Source: Escherichia phage vB_EcoM_PTE-Eco05. From it: a DNA stretch of 64,000 nt. Under the pieces are notes generated by a model. It saw nothing but the letters and a program-made list of their open reading frames with translations, did not search any database and was not told the origin of the DNA. The position numbers and the translations under genes were made by a program. The DNA is taken from sequence record PQ306573.1. The stretch is one strand, 5' to 3'. Below, piece after piece: positions 33,244-41,710 of the stretch; position 1 is the first letter of the stretch; the number at the start of each line of letters is the position of its first letter.

Positions 33244-33930
33244 ATGAATAGTTCTAAAGTGTTTAATAGTCAAGCTCGTGCAGTAGGTGGTTTTGCTCAT
33301 GCGATTAAAAACGACCAGATTAAAAACGAGCCTATGTTCTTTAACTGCGATTTAAATTTTGCTTTTGATAATGGCGGCCCAATTACTCGTAGCTTTATCC
33401 AAAATCTTCCTGACGATTGGAAAGACTCGGATGTAGTATTTGATTCACGAGTCCACATGCTGATGCCTGGTTGGTACCCTGCTATTCCTGGATATCACCA
33501 TGATGATATTCCTCGCCCTGATATTCCAGTTGGTCAACACTTTATTACTGCAGGACAACCTGACTATGACAATCCTCGCTATTTGTCTGAACATATTCTT
33601 GGTCTTGTTAACGCTGATGTGTGTCCTACTCATTTTGCAACAGGAACTGCAGAGTTCAGTCAGATTCCTGATGGCGAACTTATCTATCGTCAGTGGCACA
33701 AAGAAGTCCTCGAAAAAATTGAAAAAGGTGAACTAGAGAAATGGGAAGCTCCAGATCGTACTCTTCTTCAGTTTGATTGGCAAACATGGCACACTGGTTC
33801 TCGTGCAATTAGTAACGGATGGCGTTGGTTCGGACGTGTATCTCGTAGTACAGACCGAGTTAAAAAGATTACCAATGAAATTCGTGTCAACGCCCAAGTT
33901 TATCTGGAATTCCCTATGGAAGGCTGGTAA
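33244..33930 (+). CDS. hypothetical protein (His/Asp-rich)
   Basis: 228 aa; GYHHDD...CPTHF could be metal-binding; family unknown. Confidence 0.55.
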   Translation: MNSSKVFNSQARAVGGFAHAIKNDQIKNEPMFFNCDLNFAFDNGGPITRSFIQNLPDDWKDSDVVFDSRVHMLMPGWYPAIPGYHHDDIPRPDIPVGQHFITAGQPDYDNPRYLSEHILGLVNADVCPTHFATGTAEFSQIPDGELIYRQWHKEVLEKIEKGELEKWEAPDRTLLQFDWQTWHTGSRAISNGWRWFGRVSRSTDRVKKITNEIRVNAQVYLEFPMEGW

Positions 33931-34421
33931 TGATACAGAAAATTCACTGGTCAAACATGGACGATGGCGACGAAGGTATTTCATACTATTCAGTAGGATG
34001 GACAGGATGTCCATCCTACTTAGTGAAACACCATTGTCAAGCATTTAAAATCGACAAACCAGCAGGTATTATCGTGAACAGATACATTAATGGATATCAA
34101 CCTATCGATGAAGTAATACGAACAACTCAAGCTGAGCTTGAAAAGTTTTTCAATAAGTGCCAATGGATAACAGGATGGATTATATTTGTACCGTCGGTAT
34201 GGTTTTTCGGTACTAAGGTGAGTTCTTTCGGTTTTGTTGATATTATCGCTATCTTATTAGCATCTACTATCGTAAGTATTATTGGTGGTATTATTGGTGG
34301 AGGTACTGTAGGCATCATTATTAATCTTGTTAAAAGTAGTTTACAGGAACGTAAAGACAAGATAAAGGCCAAGAATAATGAAGTTGAACGTTTTATTACC
34401 GAATGCAGGAATTTGAGATGA
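33930..34421 (+). CDS. membrane protein with N-terminal soluble domain
   Basis: 163 aa; Gly-rich C-terminal transmembrane region (IIGGIIGGGTVGIIINL). Confidence 0.6.
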   Translation: MIQKIHWSNMDDGDEGISYYSVGWTGCPSYLVKHHCQAFKIDKPAGIIVNRYINGYQPIDEVIRTTQAELEKFFNKCQWITGWIIFVPSVWFFGTKVSSFGFVDIIAILLASTIVSIIGGIIGGGTVGIIINLVKSSLQERKDKIKAKNNEVERFITECRNLR

Positions 34422-34654
34422 GTATAGCAATTTACATTAAATCAGAATCATGTGATAGTTACCTGTACACATACGATAAAGATGTGTCAGAAGAAAAAAT
34501 CAAAGACGACCTTAATATGGACCTTGATATGTTCTGTCCTATTGCAGATTACAAACTTGCGGTCTCTAATAGTGAAAGTCCATCTAAAGAAACGCGCATT
34601 GAAGAATTTATGTCCGAATTAATGGCCAAATCATGGGACCGAGATGATGAGTAA
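34418..34654 (+). CDS. small acidic protein
   Basis: 78 aa from MSIAIYIKSES after AGGA. Confidence 0.5.
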   Translation: MSIAIYIKSESCDSYLYTYDKDVSEEKIKDDLNMDLDMFCPIADYKLAVSNSESPSKETRIEEFMSELMAKSWDRDDE

Positions 34655-35102
34655 GAAAAATAAAGCGAAAGAACTATCAGCCGGTATTATTTTCCTTACC
34701 GAAGATAAAGAATTATTCATGGGGCGTGTAACTGGTTCTCGTCCTAAAGGTGCATTAGCTCATCGGTGGGATATTCCTAAAGGACGTGTCGAGCCCGGTG
34801 AATCTCCTATTGAAGCCGCTATTCGCGAATGCGAAGAAGAAACTGGGTTTACACAATATGACCCTGCCTTCCTGAAAGACCTAGGTGAACATCATTACTC
34901 AGACAATAAGAATATACATCTGTTCCTATATACCATCCCTGTAGAGCACGAGCAATTCAGAAACAGTATTTGTAATTCATATCATACATTCCCAGACGGA
35001 CGTCAGATTCCTGAATTTGATGCATTCGCTTTAATTAAACCTTCTCAATGGGAATATGTGATGGGCAAATCATTATATAAGGTGCTCACTACCCTACTAT
35101 AA
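34644..35102 (+). CDS. nudE: Nudix hydrolase (NudE / e.1-like)
   Basis: Nudix box GRVEPGESPIEAAIRECEEETG; 152 aa; immediately upstream of e. Confidence 0.88.
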   Translation: MMSKKNKAKELSAGIIFLTEDKELFMGRVTGSRPKGALAHRWDIPKGRVEPGESPIEAAIRECEEETGFTQYDPAFLKDLGEHHYSDNKNIHLFLYTIPVEHEQFRNSICNSYHTFPDGRQIPEFDAFALIKPSQWEYVMGKSLYKVLTTLL

Positions 35103-35136
35103 GTAATAAATACCTCCTATAAACATGGGAGGTATT

Positions 35137-35625
35137 ATGAATATATTTGAAATGCTTCGTAATGACGAAGGTCTTAGACTGACTTTATACAAAGACACTG
35201 AAGGCTTTTGGACGATTGGCATAGGCCATTTGGTAACAAAGAACCCGTCTTTAGCCGTAGCTAAAGCTGAACTTGACAGAATGATCGGTCGTAAATGCAA
35301 CGGTACAATTACCCTTGATGAGGCTGAAAAGCTATTTAACGAAGACGTTGATAAAGCCGTTCGCGGAATCTTGGGTAATGCTAAACTTAAACCGGTATAT
35401 GATTCTTTAGATGCGGTTCGTCGATGTGCATTGGTCAATATGGTCTTCCAAATGGGTGTAGCAGGCGTCGCTGGTTTTACTAATTCTCTTCGTATGCTTC
35501 AACAGAAACGTTGGGATGAAGCGGCAGTAAATCTAGCCCAATCTAAATGGTATCGTCAGACACCTAATCGCGCGAAACGCGTAATCTCAACATTTAAAAC
35601 AGGAACTTGGAAAGCGTATATATGA
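35137..35625 (+). CDS. e: endolysin (T4 lysozyme)
   Basis: 162 aa, [32 protein letters not shown]..., close to recalled T4 lysozyme. Confidence 0.96.
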   Translation: MNIFEMLRNDEGLRLTLYKDTEGFWTIGIGHLVTKNPSLAVAKAELDRMIGRKCNGTITLDEAEKLFNEDVDKAVRGILGNAKLKPVYDSLDAVRRCALVNMVFQMGVAGVAGFTNSLRMLQQKRWDEAAVNLAQSKWYRQTPNRAKRVISTFKTGTWKAYI

Positions 35626-35903
35626 AAACATATAGTGAATTTTTATCAGAATCTATTCTTAGCGAAGCTACCGACACATTTGCAACTAAGCTAGGTGCAG
35701 CTTTGGTTGAAGCCGAAAGTCTATTAGCACGTATTTCTGAACTTGCTAGTAAGATAGATACTCGCAAATTTGAACGTACCAGCGATATCGCTAAGCTTGA
35801 AGCCTTGTTACGTATGTGCGATAAACCGGAAGAAATCGCTAAGAACGGCTCGCTGATGAAACAACGTCTTGAAAAATATATTTCAGGCGCTTCAGAAAAA
35901 TAG
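35622..35903 (+). CDS. internal protein-like (capsid-targeting N-terminus)
   Basis: [14 protein letters not shown] overlaps the e stop (ATGA); 93 aa. Confidence 0.7.
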   Translation: MKTYSEFLSESILSEATDTFATKLGAALVEAESLLARISELASKIDTRKFERTSDIAKLEALLRMCDKPEEIAKNGSLMKQRLEKYISGASEK

Positions 35904-35904
35904 T

Positions 35905-35957
35905 GTTTACTTCCTCCAAGGACTTTGATACTATACATTCATCAACTACTTGGAGGA
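35905..35957 (+). promoter_or_regulatory. early promoter with anti-Shine-Dalgarno spacer (TCCTCCAAG ... CTTGGAGGA)
   Basis: -35 GTTTAC 35905-35910, -10 TACTAT 35929-35934; 9-bp inverted repeat whose 3-prime arm is the denV ribosome-binding site. Confidence 0.6.
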
Positions 35958-35961
35958 AATT

Positions 35962-36375
35962 ATGACTCGTATCAATTTAACACTTGTTTCTGAACTGACC
36001 GACCAACATCTTATGGCTGAGTATCGTGAATTACCACGCGTATTTGGTGCAGTCCGTAAACATGTTCAAAACGGTAAACGTGTAAAGGATTTTAAAATCT
36101 CTCCAACATTTATCTTAGGCGCAGGTCATGTAACATTCTTTTACGACAAACTCGAATTTTTACGTTTACGTCAAATCGAGCTAATCGCCGAATGTTTGAA
36201 ACGTGGTTTCAAAATCAAGGACACGACTGTCCAGGATATTTCCGACATCCCTGCCGAATTTCGTAATAATTATGTCCCGTCCGAAGCGTCCATTGCGATA
36301 AGTCAAGCACGCTTAGATGAAAAAATTGCTCAACGTCCGACTTGGTACAAATACTATGGTAAATCAATTTACTAA
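35962..36375 (+). CDS. denV: endonuclease V (pyrimidine dimer DNA glycosylase)
   Basis: 137 aa, [31 protein letters not shown]..., close to recalled T4 DenV. Confidence 0.95.
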   Translation: MTRINLTLVSELTDQHLMAEYRELPRVFGAVRKHVQNGKRVKDFKISPTFILGAGHVTFFYDKLEFLRLRQIELIAECLKRGFKIKDTTVQDISDIPAEFRNNYVPSEASIAISQARLDEKIAQRPTWYKYYGKSIY

Positions 36376-36381
36376 GGAAAA

Positions 36382-36642
36382 ATGAAAATGTATCAAGAAT
36401 TTATCATTGAAGCAGATGCCAAAGGTCCTAAATTTAAAGTTAAAGCTTTCATTGGTGATGCGGAAGATTTTGGCTCATTAAAACGTAATGGGTACTTTTT
36501 CTTAGGTGGCGATGGTAAAGAAATCAACACCTATGCAAAACGTAGTGAAATTGCTTATGTTGTAGCAAGTCCTAAAGTAGATGTTGACGATATTGGATAC
36601 GATTTTAACAACTTCGGAATTATTTCTGGCGGTAAAGCTTAA
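36382..36642 (+). CDS. internal protein-like (capsid-targeting N-terminus)
   Basis: MKMYQEFIIEA; 86 aa. Confidence 0.65.
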   Translation: MKMYQEFIIEADAKGPKFKVKAFIGDAEDFGSLKRNGYFFLGGDGKEINTYAKRSEIAYVVASPKVDVDDIGYDFNNFGIISGGKA

Positions 36643-36645
36643 ATT

Positions 36646-36675
36646 GTTTACGCTTAAGTATTAATATGGTATAAT
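36646..36675 (+). promoter_or_regulatory. early promoter (GTTTAC-N18-TATAAT)
   Basis: Upstream of ATG 36706. Confidence 0.6.
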
Positions 36676-36705
36676 TACTCTATCAAAACAAACAAGGAAA
36701 CAAAA

Positions 36706-37284
36706 ATGAAAACATATAAAGAATTTATCGCCGAGGCCTTTGCAGGAAAAGCTCAAGGCATTAATAAGGACGAGTGGACTTATCGTGGCGGAAACGGCTT
36801 TGACCCTAAAACAGCTCCTATTGAACGGTACTTAGCTACAAAGGCTTCCGACTTTAAAGCCTTCGCTTGGGAAGGACTTCGCTGGCGTAACGATCTAAAT
36901 ATTGAAGTTGACGGTCTTAAATTTGCTCATATTGAAGATGTTGTTGCTAGTAACTTAGACGCAGCTTTTGTTAAAGCCGACAGTGACCTTCGTCGTTGGA
37001 ATTTAAAACTGTTCTCTAAACAAAAAGGCCCGAAGTTTGTGCCTAAAGCCGGTAAATGGGTTATTGATAATAAATTAGCTAAGGCTGTCAACTACGCTGG
37101 TCTTGAATTCGCCAAACACAAATCATCATGGAGAAGTCTTGATGCAATGGCTTTCCGTAAAGAATTTGCCGATGTTATGACTAAAGGCGGCTTTAAGGCA
37201 GAAATAGATACCTCTAAAGGTACGTTTAAAGACGCTAATGTTCAGTACGCTTACGCCGTTGCCAATGCAGCCCGTAATTCCTAA
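36706..37284 (+). CDS. internal protein, IPIII-like by size
   Basis: MKTYKEFIAEA; 192 aa (T4 IPIII is about 194 aa). Confidence 0.75.
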   Translation: MKTYKEFIAEAFAGKAQGINKDEWTYRGGNGFDPKTAPIERYLATKASDFKAFAWEGLRWRNDLNIEVDGLKFAHIEDVVASNLDAAFVKADSDLRRWNLKLFSKQKGPKFVPKAGKWVIDNKLAKAVNYAGLEFAKHKSSWRSLDAMAFRKEFADVMTKGGFKAEIDTSKGTFKDANVQYAYAVANAARNS

Positions 37285-37325
37285 TAAAGCTAATACTCAG
37301 ACCTATTTACATTTAAAGGAAACAT

Positions 37326-37628
37326 ATGAAAACATATCAAGAATTTATTACTGAAGCGCGAGTGAGTGCAGGTAAATTAGAAGCCGCTATAAATAAAAAG
37401 GCCCATTCATTTCATGATTTGTCCGATAAAGACCGTAAGAAACTTGTAAGCCTTTATATTGACAAAGAGCGTATTCTCGCTCTTCCTGGCGCTAATGAAG
37501 GTAAACAGGCCAAGCCTTTGAATGCTGTCGAAAAGAAAATTGATAACTTTGCTTCTAAATTCGGTATGTCTATGGATGACCTTCAGCAAGCGGCTATCGA
37601 AGCAGCTAAAGTAATTAAAGGTAAATAA
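37326..37628 (+). CDS. internal protein, IPII-like by size
   Basis: MKTYQEFITEA; 100 aa; resembles recalled T4 IPII. Confidence 0.75.
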   Translation: MKTYQEFITEARVSAGKLEAAINKKAHSFHDLSDKDRKKLVSLYIDKERILALPGANEGKQAKPLNAVEKKIDNFASKFGMSMDDLQQAAIEAAKVIKGK

Positions 37629-37741
37629 CAGTTTACTTTCTCCTAGAATTGTGATAGTATATTCATAATTACTTGGAGTGGTAAATACAGAAATGGACAA
37701 TTCATGCGCCACGGAATGGCCCAACCTAAAAGAGAAACTAA

Positions 37742-38281
37742 ATGAGAACATTTTTAACTGGACCTTATCTATCCCTGATGAATGCTTTTACACACCATTC
37801 TGATGCTAGAGTAGAAGAAATTTGTAAGAACGGTTATGTCCCACCATTTGAAGACGTACTCAAGCAGTACTGTACACTTCGACTAGACGGTGGACGTCAA
37901 TCAGGTAAATCGACCGCAGTAACTAATTTTGCTGTTAATTGGCTATATGATGGTGGAACAGTTATTGTTCTTTCTAATACTTCAGCTTATGCTAAAATTT
38001 CTGCTGGCAACATTAAAAAAGAATTTTCTCGTTATTCTAGCGATGATATTCGATTCCGTTTATTTACTGATTCTGTTCGTAGTTTTATTGGCAATGAAGG
38101 TTCTAAATTCCGTGGATTAACGCTTTCTCGTATTCTGTACATAATTGACGAGCCTATTAAAGCTCCTGATATGGATAAGATTTACAATGTCCATATTAAA
38201 ACAGTCCAACACTGTTGCAAAAGCAAATATTGCATCGGCGGTATTGCTCGTCCTCAATTTTTTGTGATTGGAATGCAATGA
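37742..38281 (+). CDS. P-loop NTPase / kinase-like protein
   Basis: Walker A GGRQSGKST and Walker B-like ILYIIDEP; 179 aa. Confidence 0.6.
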   Translation: MRTFLTGPYLSLMNAFTHHSDARVEEICKNGYVPPFEDVLKQYCTLRLDGGRQSGKSTAVTNFAVNWLYDGGTVIVLSNTSAYAKISAGNIKKEFSRYSSDDIRFRLFTDSVRSFIGNEGSKFRGLTLSRILYIIDEPIKAPDMDKIYNVHIKTVQHCCKSKYCIGGIARPQFFVIGMQ

Positions 38282-38586
38282 TGACCACTATTGAAGTTTT
38301 TGAGTATTGTTATAACAGCCCAGTATGCAATAAAAGGGCTCTTGTAGAAAATTATGAGATTTACCATTTTAAACCTAAACGATATCGTTTGACTAAAGGT
38401 CCGTTCGCAGGGCAGCAGGTTCTTTGTACTGCTCCTAATGCACGGTTGATGACTAGTATTCCGCATTTCAAAATGGAATTTATTGATGGGCCATTTAAGG
38501 GATTAATCACTCAAAGTTTAATGGCGTTTAATTCCGTCCCATTTTTGATTAAAGAAAAAACTTGGATAAATTTATTTTCTAATTGA
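38275..38586 (+). CDS. hypothetical protein
   Basis: About 103 aa from MMTTIEVFEY; start overlaps previous stop. Confidence 0.5.
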   Translation, partial: AMMTTIEVFEYCYNSPVCNKRALVENYEIYHFKPKRYRLTKGPFAGQQVLCTAPNARLMTSIPHFKMEFIDGPFKGLITQSLMAFNSVPFLIKEKTWINLFSN

Positions 38587-38592
38587 GGTTAT

Positions 38593-38955
38593 ATGAAAGC
38601 ATATCAAATTCTTGAAGGTGCACATAAAGGCACTATTTATTTTGAAGACGGTACTCAAGCCCGGATTATTGTCTCTAAGACTTTTAAAGAAGACGCTATT
38701 GTAGACCCGGAAATTTTCTACGGTTTGCATGCCCGTGAAATTGAAATTGAACATCAACCTAAAGTTAAAATTGAAGGTGGTCAACATCTGAACGTTAACG
38801 TTCTGCGTCGTGAAACTCTGGAAGATGCAGTTAAGCATCCGGAAAAATATCCGCAGCTGACCATTCGTGTATCCGGTTATGCAGTTCGCTTTAACTCTCT
38901 GACTCCGGAACAGCAGCGCGACGTTATCGCTCGTACCTTTACTGAGAGTCTATAA
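38593..38955 (+). CDS. autonomous glycyl radical cofactor (GrcA/YfiD-like; T4 Y06I-like)
   Basis: C-terminal [29 protein letters not shown] glycyl-radical motif; 120 aa. Confidence 0.9.
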   Translation: MKAYQILEGAHKGTIYFEDGTQARIIVSKTFKEDAIVDPEIFYGLHAREIEIEHQPKVKIEGGQHLNVNVLRRETLEDAVKHPEKYPQLTIRVSGYAVRFNSLTPEQQRDVIARTFTESL

Positions 38956-39179
38956 TGGCTAAATTGATTATAGAAGGGTCTGAAGATGTTTTAAAATGTT
39001 TTGCCGCCTGGTTTAGTTGCTCAGGCGAGCAATCATTCATTGAAGCATTTAGAATGGGTGATATTACTGGAAACTATCCGACAACTGATATCACTGTACG
39101 TGGATATGGTATTAATGAGCCTATCCAATTGGTCGAATATGACCTTGCCACCGATGAGGAAATTCCTTATGTCGATTGA
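38955..39179 (+). CDS. small hypothetical protein
   Basis: 74-aa ORF. Confidence 0.55.
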   Translation: MAKLIIEGSEDVLKCFAAWFSCSGEQSFIEAFRMGDITGNYPTTDITVRGYGINEPIQLVEYDLATDEEIPYVD

Positions 39180-39435
39180 AGACATCAAAGGCTACAAGCC
39201 GCATACCGATGATAAAATCGGTAAAGTGAACGCTATTAAAGATGCCGAAGTCCGTCTTGGATTGATGTTTGATGCTCTGATTGAAGAAGCATATATCTTG
39301 AAAGAAAATGAAACAGAGCAACAAACCAAAGAAGATATGGATGCAGTGCAGGCTCTTAAGTATGCTAAGCAACATCTAAAAGAAGCCAGCATGTGGGCAT
39401 GTCGTGCGGTATTTCGACCTGAGGAAAAATACTAA
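39169..39435 (+). CDS. small protein in vs.4 position (possible Acb2-type cyclic-nucleotide sponge)
   Basis: 88 aa from MSIEDIKGYKPH; three ORFs upstream of regB and one downstream of the grcA-like gene; function inferred from synteny only. Confidence 0.4.
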   Translation: MSIEDIKGYKPHTDDKIGKVNAIKDAEVRLGLMFDALIEEAYILKENETEQQTKEDMDAVQALKYAKQHLKEASMWACRAVFRPEEKY

Positions 39436-39650
39436 TGGCTTCTACTATTACTGGGTTATTGGACTTCCAAGAAAAGGTCAACAAAATTTGTAGTGAATAC
39501 TTAAAGTATCTTGAAGAAGACCTTGAAGACTGTAAGGAAGAAGGCGAAGAAGACTATGCTGACCAGCGTCGTCGCCAAATCGAAGAGATGAGGCATTTCG
39601 CCAATATAGTATCTAAAGAATCCTGGGCTTTAACTCCATTTTATCAATAA
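39435..39650 (+). CDS. small acidic hypothetical protein
   Basis: 71-aa ORF. Confidence 0.55.
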   Translation: MASTITGLLDFQEKVNKICSEYLKYLEEDLEDCKEEGEEDYADQRRRQIEEMRHFANIVSKESWALTPFYQ

Positions 39651-39654
39651 AGTA

Positions 39655-39703
39655 GTTTACTTCTCCTCTAGTTGTGTTACTATAGACCTGTCAACTAGAG
39701 GAG
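39655..39703 (+). promoter_or_regulatory. early promoter with anti-Shine-Dalgarno spacer (CCTCTAGTTG ... CAACTAGAGG)
   Basis: -35 GTTTAC 39655-39660, -10 TACTAT 39678-39683; 10-bp perfect inverted repeat 39665-39674 / 39692-39701, 3-prime arm overlaps GAGGAG of regB. Confidence 0.65.
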
Positions 39704-39711
39704 AAATCAAA

Positions 39712-40170
39712 ATGACTATCAATTCGGATGTTTTTATCCGCCGTAATAAACTCCGTCGAATCTTTGAAACGGAGTTCCGCAAAATAAATGCCGGTATAAA
39801 AGATGCTGCAAAGTCTCTTGGACTACCAGGCTTTCATATCAAGTATTCTCAACATCTCTTAGATCGTGCCATCCAGAGAGAAATAGATGAGAATTACGTT
39901 TTTGAATTATTTCATAAAGTAAAAAATCACGTTAAAGAAGTTGCAGAATTTTTATCAATGCCGGCACGTCCGGATGTTGATGAAGATTTTGTCGAAGGTG
40001 TCGAATATCGCCCAGGCCGTTTAGAAATAACTGACGGAAATCTTTGGTTAGGACTTACAGTTTGTCGCGAAAATCCGGCATTCAAAATGAAGACTCTTCA
40101 ATGTAGAATGGCTATTATTAACAGTAAACGACTACCAGGAAAAGCTTCTAAAGCAGTGATTAAAATCTAG
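39712..40170 (+). CDS. regB: endoribonuclease RegB
   Basis: 152 aa, MTINSDVFIRRNKLRR...YSQHLLDRAIQREIDE..., close to recalled T4 RegB. Confidence 0.93.
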   Translation: MTINSDVFIRRNKLRRIFETEFRKINAGIKDAAKSLGLPGFHIKYSQHLLDRAIQREIDENYVFELFHKVKNHVKEVAEFLSMPARPDVDEDFVEGVEYRPGRLEITDGNLWLGLTVCRENPAFKMKTLQCRMAIINSKRLPGKASKAVIKI

Positions 40171-40178
40171 AGGTAAAC

Positions 40179-40721
40179 ATGAGAAAAGCACTACTCGCTG
40201 GTCTATTTGCTCTTTCGTTATCAGCACATAGCTCCGAGCATACTTTTAGTAATGTCCAACTCGATAACTTGAATTATGCTTATCAGTTTGGGGAACAGTT
40301 TTCTAAGGACGGAAAATTTAAAACGCATGAAAATATGCATAAGAAAGGACTTGGATACATAATGGCCGCAATACTATGGCAGGAATCATCTGCCGGTATT
40401 AATCTTAAAGATAAGAAAGGTCACCATGCGTATGGAATGTTCCAAAATTATCTACCAACAATGAGGGCAAGAATTAACCAGCTTGGTTATAATATGTCTG
40501 ATGCCCAAATTAAGAAAATGCTATCTAAGCGGTCTAATTCAGCCAGATGGGCTTATATCGAATTTTCTTATTGGTTAAATATACATAATGGGGATATAAG
40601 AAAAGCTATATCCTCATATAATGCAGGATGGAAGACAAGTGCTGGAAGTAAATATGCTTCTGAAGTCCTAGAAAAGGCTAATTACCTTAAATCAAATAAA
40701 CTACTGGAAATAAAAGAATGA
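40179..40721 (+). CDS. secreted lytic transglycosylase-like protein (SLT motif)
   Basis: Signal peptide MRKALLAGLFALSLSAHS; SLT-like ILWQESSAG...AYGMFQ; position of T4 vs.1. Confidence 0.7.
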   Translation: MRKALLAGLFALSLSAHSSEHTFSNVQLDNLNYAYQFGEQFSKDGKFKTHENMHKKGLGYIMAAILWQESSAGINLKDKKGHHAYGMFQNYLPTMRARINQLGYNMSDAQIKKMLSKRSNSARWAYIEFSYWLNIHNGDIRKAISSYNAGWKTSAGSKYASEVLEKANYLKSNKLLEIKE

Positions 40722-41065
40722 CCAAAATGTTGGCTTTAATAGTTGGCTTGGTTTCATTTAACGCTCTTGCTAATACTACATATACTGATGTAACGGAGTA
40801 TACAAACAGAACGGCGTCTGATTATTGTGGTAAAAGTCGAGAGTGTAAAGTAGATTTTTCACAAAAATTGTTATATGCGTATAAAGACGGAGAAAAAGAT
40901 GGGGTGTCTAGTAGGTTCAAGGCGTCTACCTTAATTAAAAGATACTATAAAAAATGGCAAATATTAGAATGCTCGGTGGCGGAACCTAAAGATAAGGCAG
41001 CATGCAATTCTATGGTGGACCGTCTAGTTGACTCTTATACTAGAGGACTTGCAGCAAGTGATTAA
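40718..41065 (+). CDS. secreted/periplasmic small protein
   Basis: 115 aa with N-terminal signal peptide, several Cys. Confidence 0.6.
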   Translation: MTKMLALIVGLVSFNALANTTYTDVTEYTNRTASDYCGKSRECKVDFSQKLLYAYKDGEKDGVSSRFKASTLIKRYYKKWQILECSVAEPKDKAACNSMVDRLVDSYTRGLAASD

Positions 41066-41522
41066 AAACTATATCAAGGGCGATATTGTCGCCCTGTTTT
41101 CTAAAGGTAATAATATTGCTCACGGGTGTAATTGTTTTCATACAATGGGCGCTGGTGTGGCAGGACAATTAGCAAAGGCTTATCCAAAAATTCTGGAAGC
41201 CGATAAACTTCAAACCGAATTCGGAGACAAGTCTAAACTCGGGACTTATTCGGTTTATGAAAAATATTTTAAGACCCATAAAGCTTATTGCTTTAATCTT
41301 TATACACAGTTTGAGCCGGGACCTAATTTTGAGTACTCTGCTTTAATGAATTGTATAATAGAATTAAATGAATTCGGAAAGAATAAGATAACAAAGCCTG
41401 TAATTTATATGCCAAGAATTGGTGCAGGTATTGGTGGTGGAAACTGGGATGTCATCGAAGAGATTTTAGATACGTATTCCACTAAACTAGAAATTGTGAT
41501 TGTTGATTGGGAACCTAAATGA
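41058..41522 (+). CDS. macro domain protein (ADP-ribose binding/hydrolase candidate)
   Basis: GDIVALFSKGNNIAHGCNCFHTMGAGVAGQLAKAYP fits macro-domain N-terminal motifs; start uncertain (GTG 41058 or ATG 41028 of the track). Confidence 0.65.
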   Translation: MIKNYIKGDIVALFSKGNNIAHGCNCFHTMGAGVAGQLAKAYPKILEADKLQTEFGDKSKLGTYSVYEKYFKTHKAYCFNLYTQFEPGPNFEYSALMNCIIELNEFGKNKITKPVIYMPRIGAGIGGGNWDVIEEILDTYSTKLEIVIVDWEPK

Positions 41523-41701
41523 AATTAACTAAAGAAGAGAAAGCTAAACTGTTCGAACTTATCCATGACCTATTGGATGAACAAGCAGCCACCAATGCGT
41601 ACGATGAATATGCTCCTTTAACAGATGAAGAATATCACGCATTGATGGAATCATTTGACAGGAAAGAACAAGAACTCATTGACTACGTGAATTCACTATA
41701 A
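41519..41701 (+). CDS. small acidic hypothetical protein
   Basis: 60-aa ORF. Confidence 0.5.
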   Translation: MKLTKEEKAKLFELIHDLLDEQAATNAYDEYAPLTDEEYHALMESFDRKEQELIDYVNSL

Positions 41702-41710
41702 GGGACTCTT

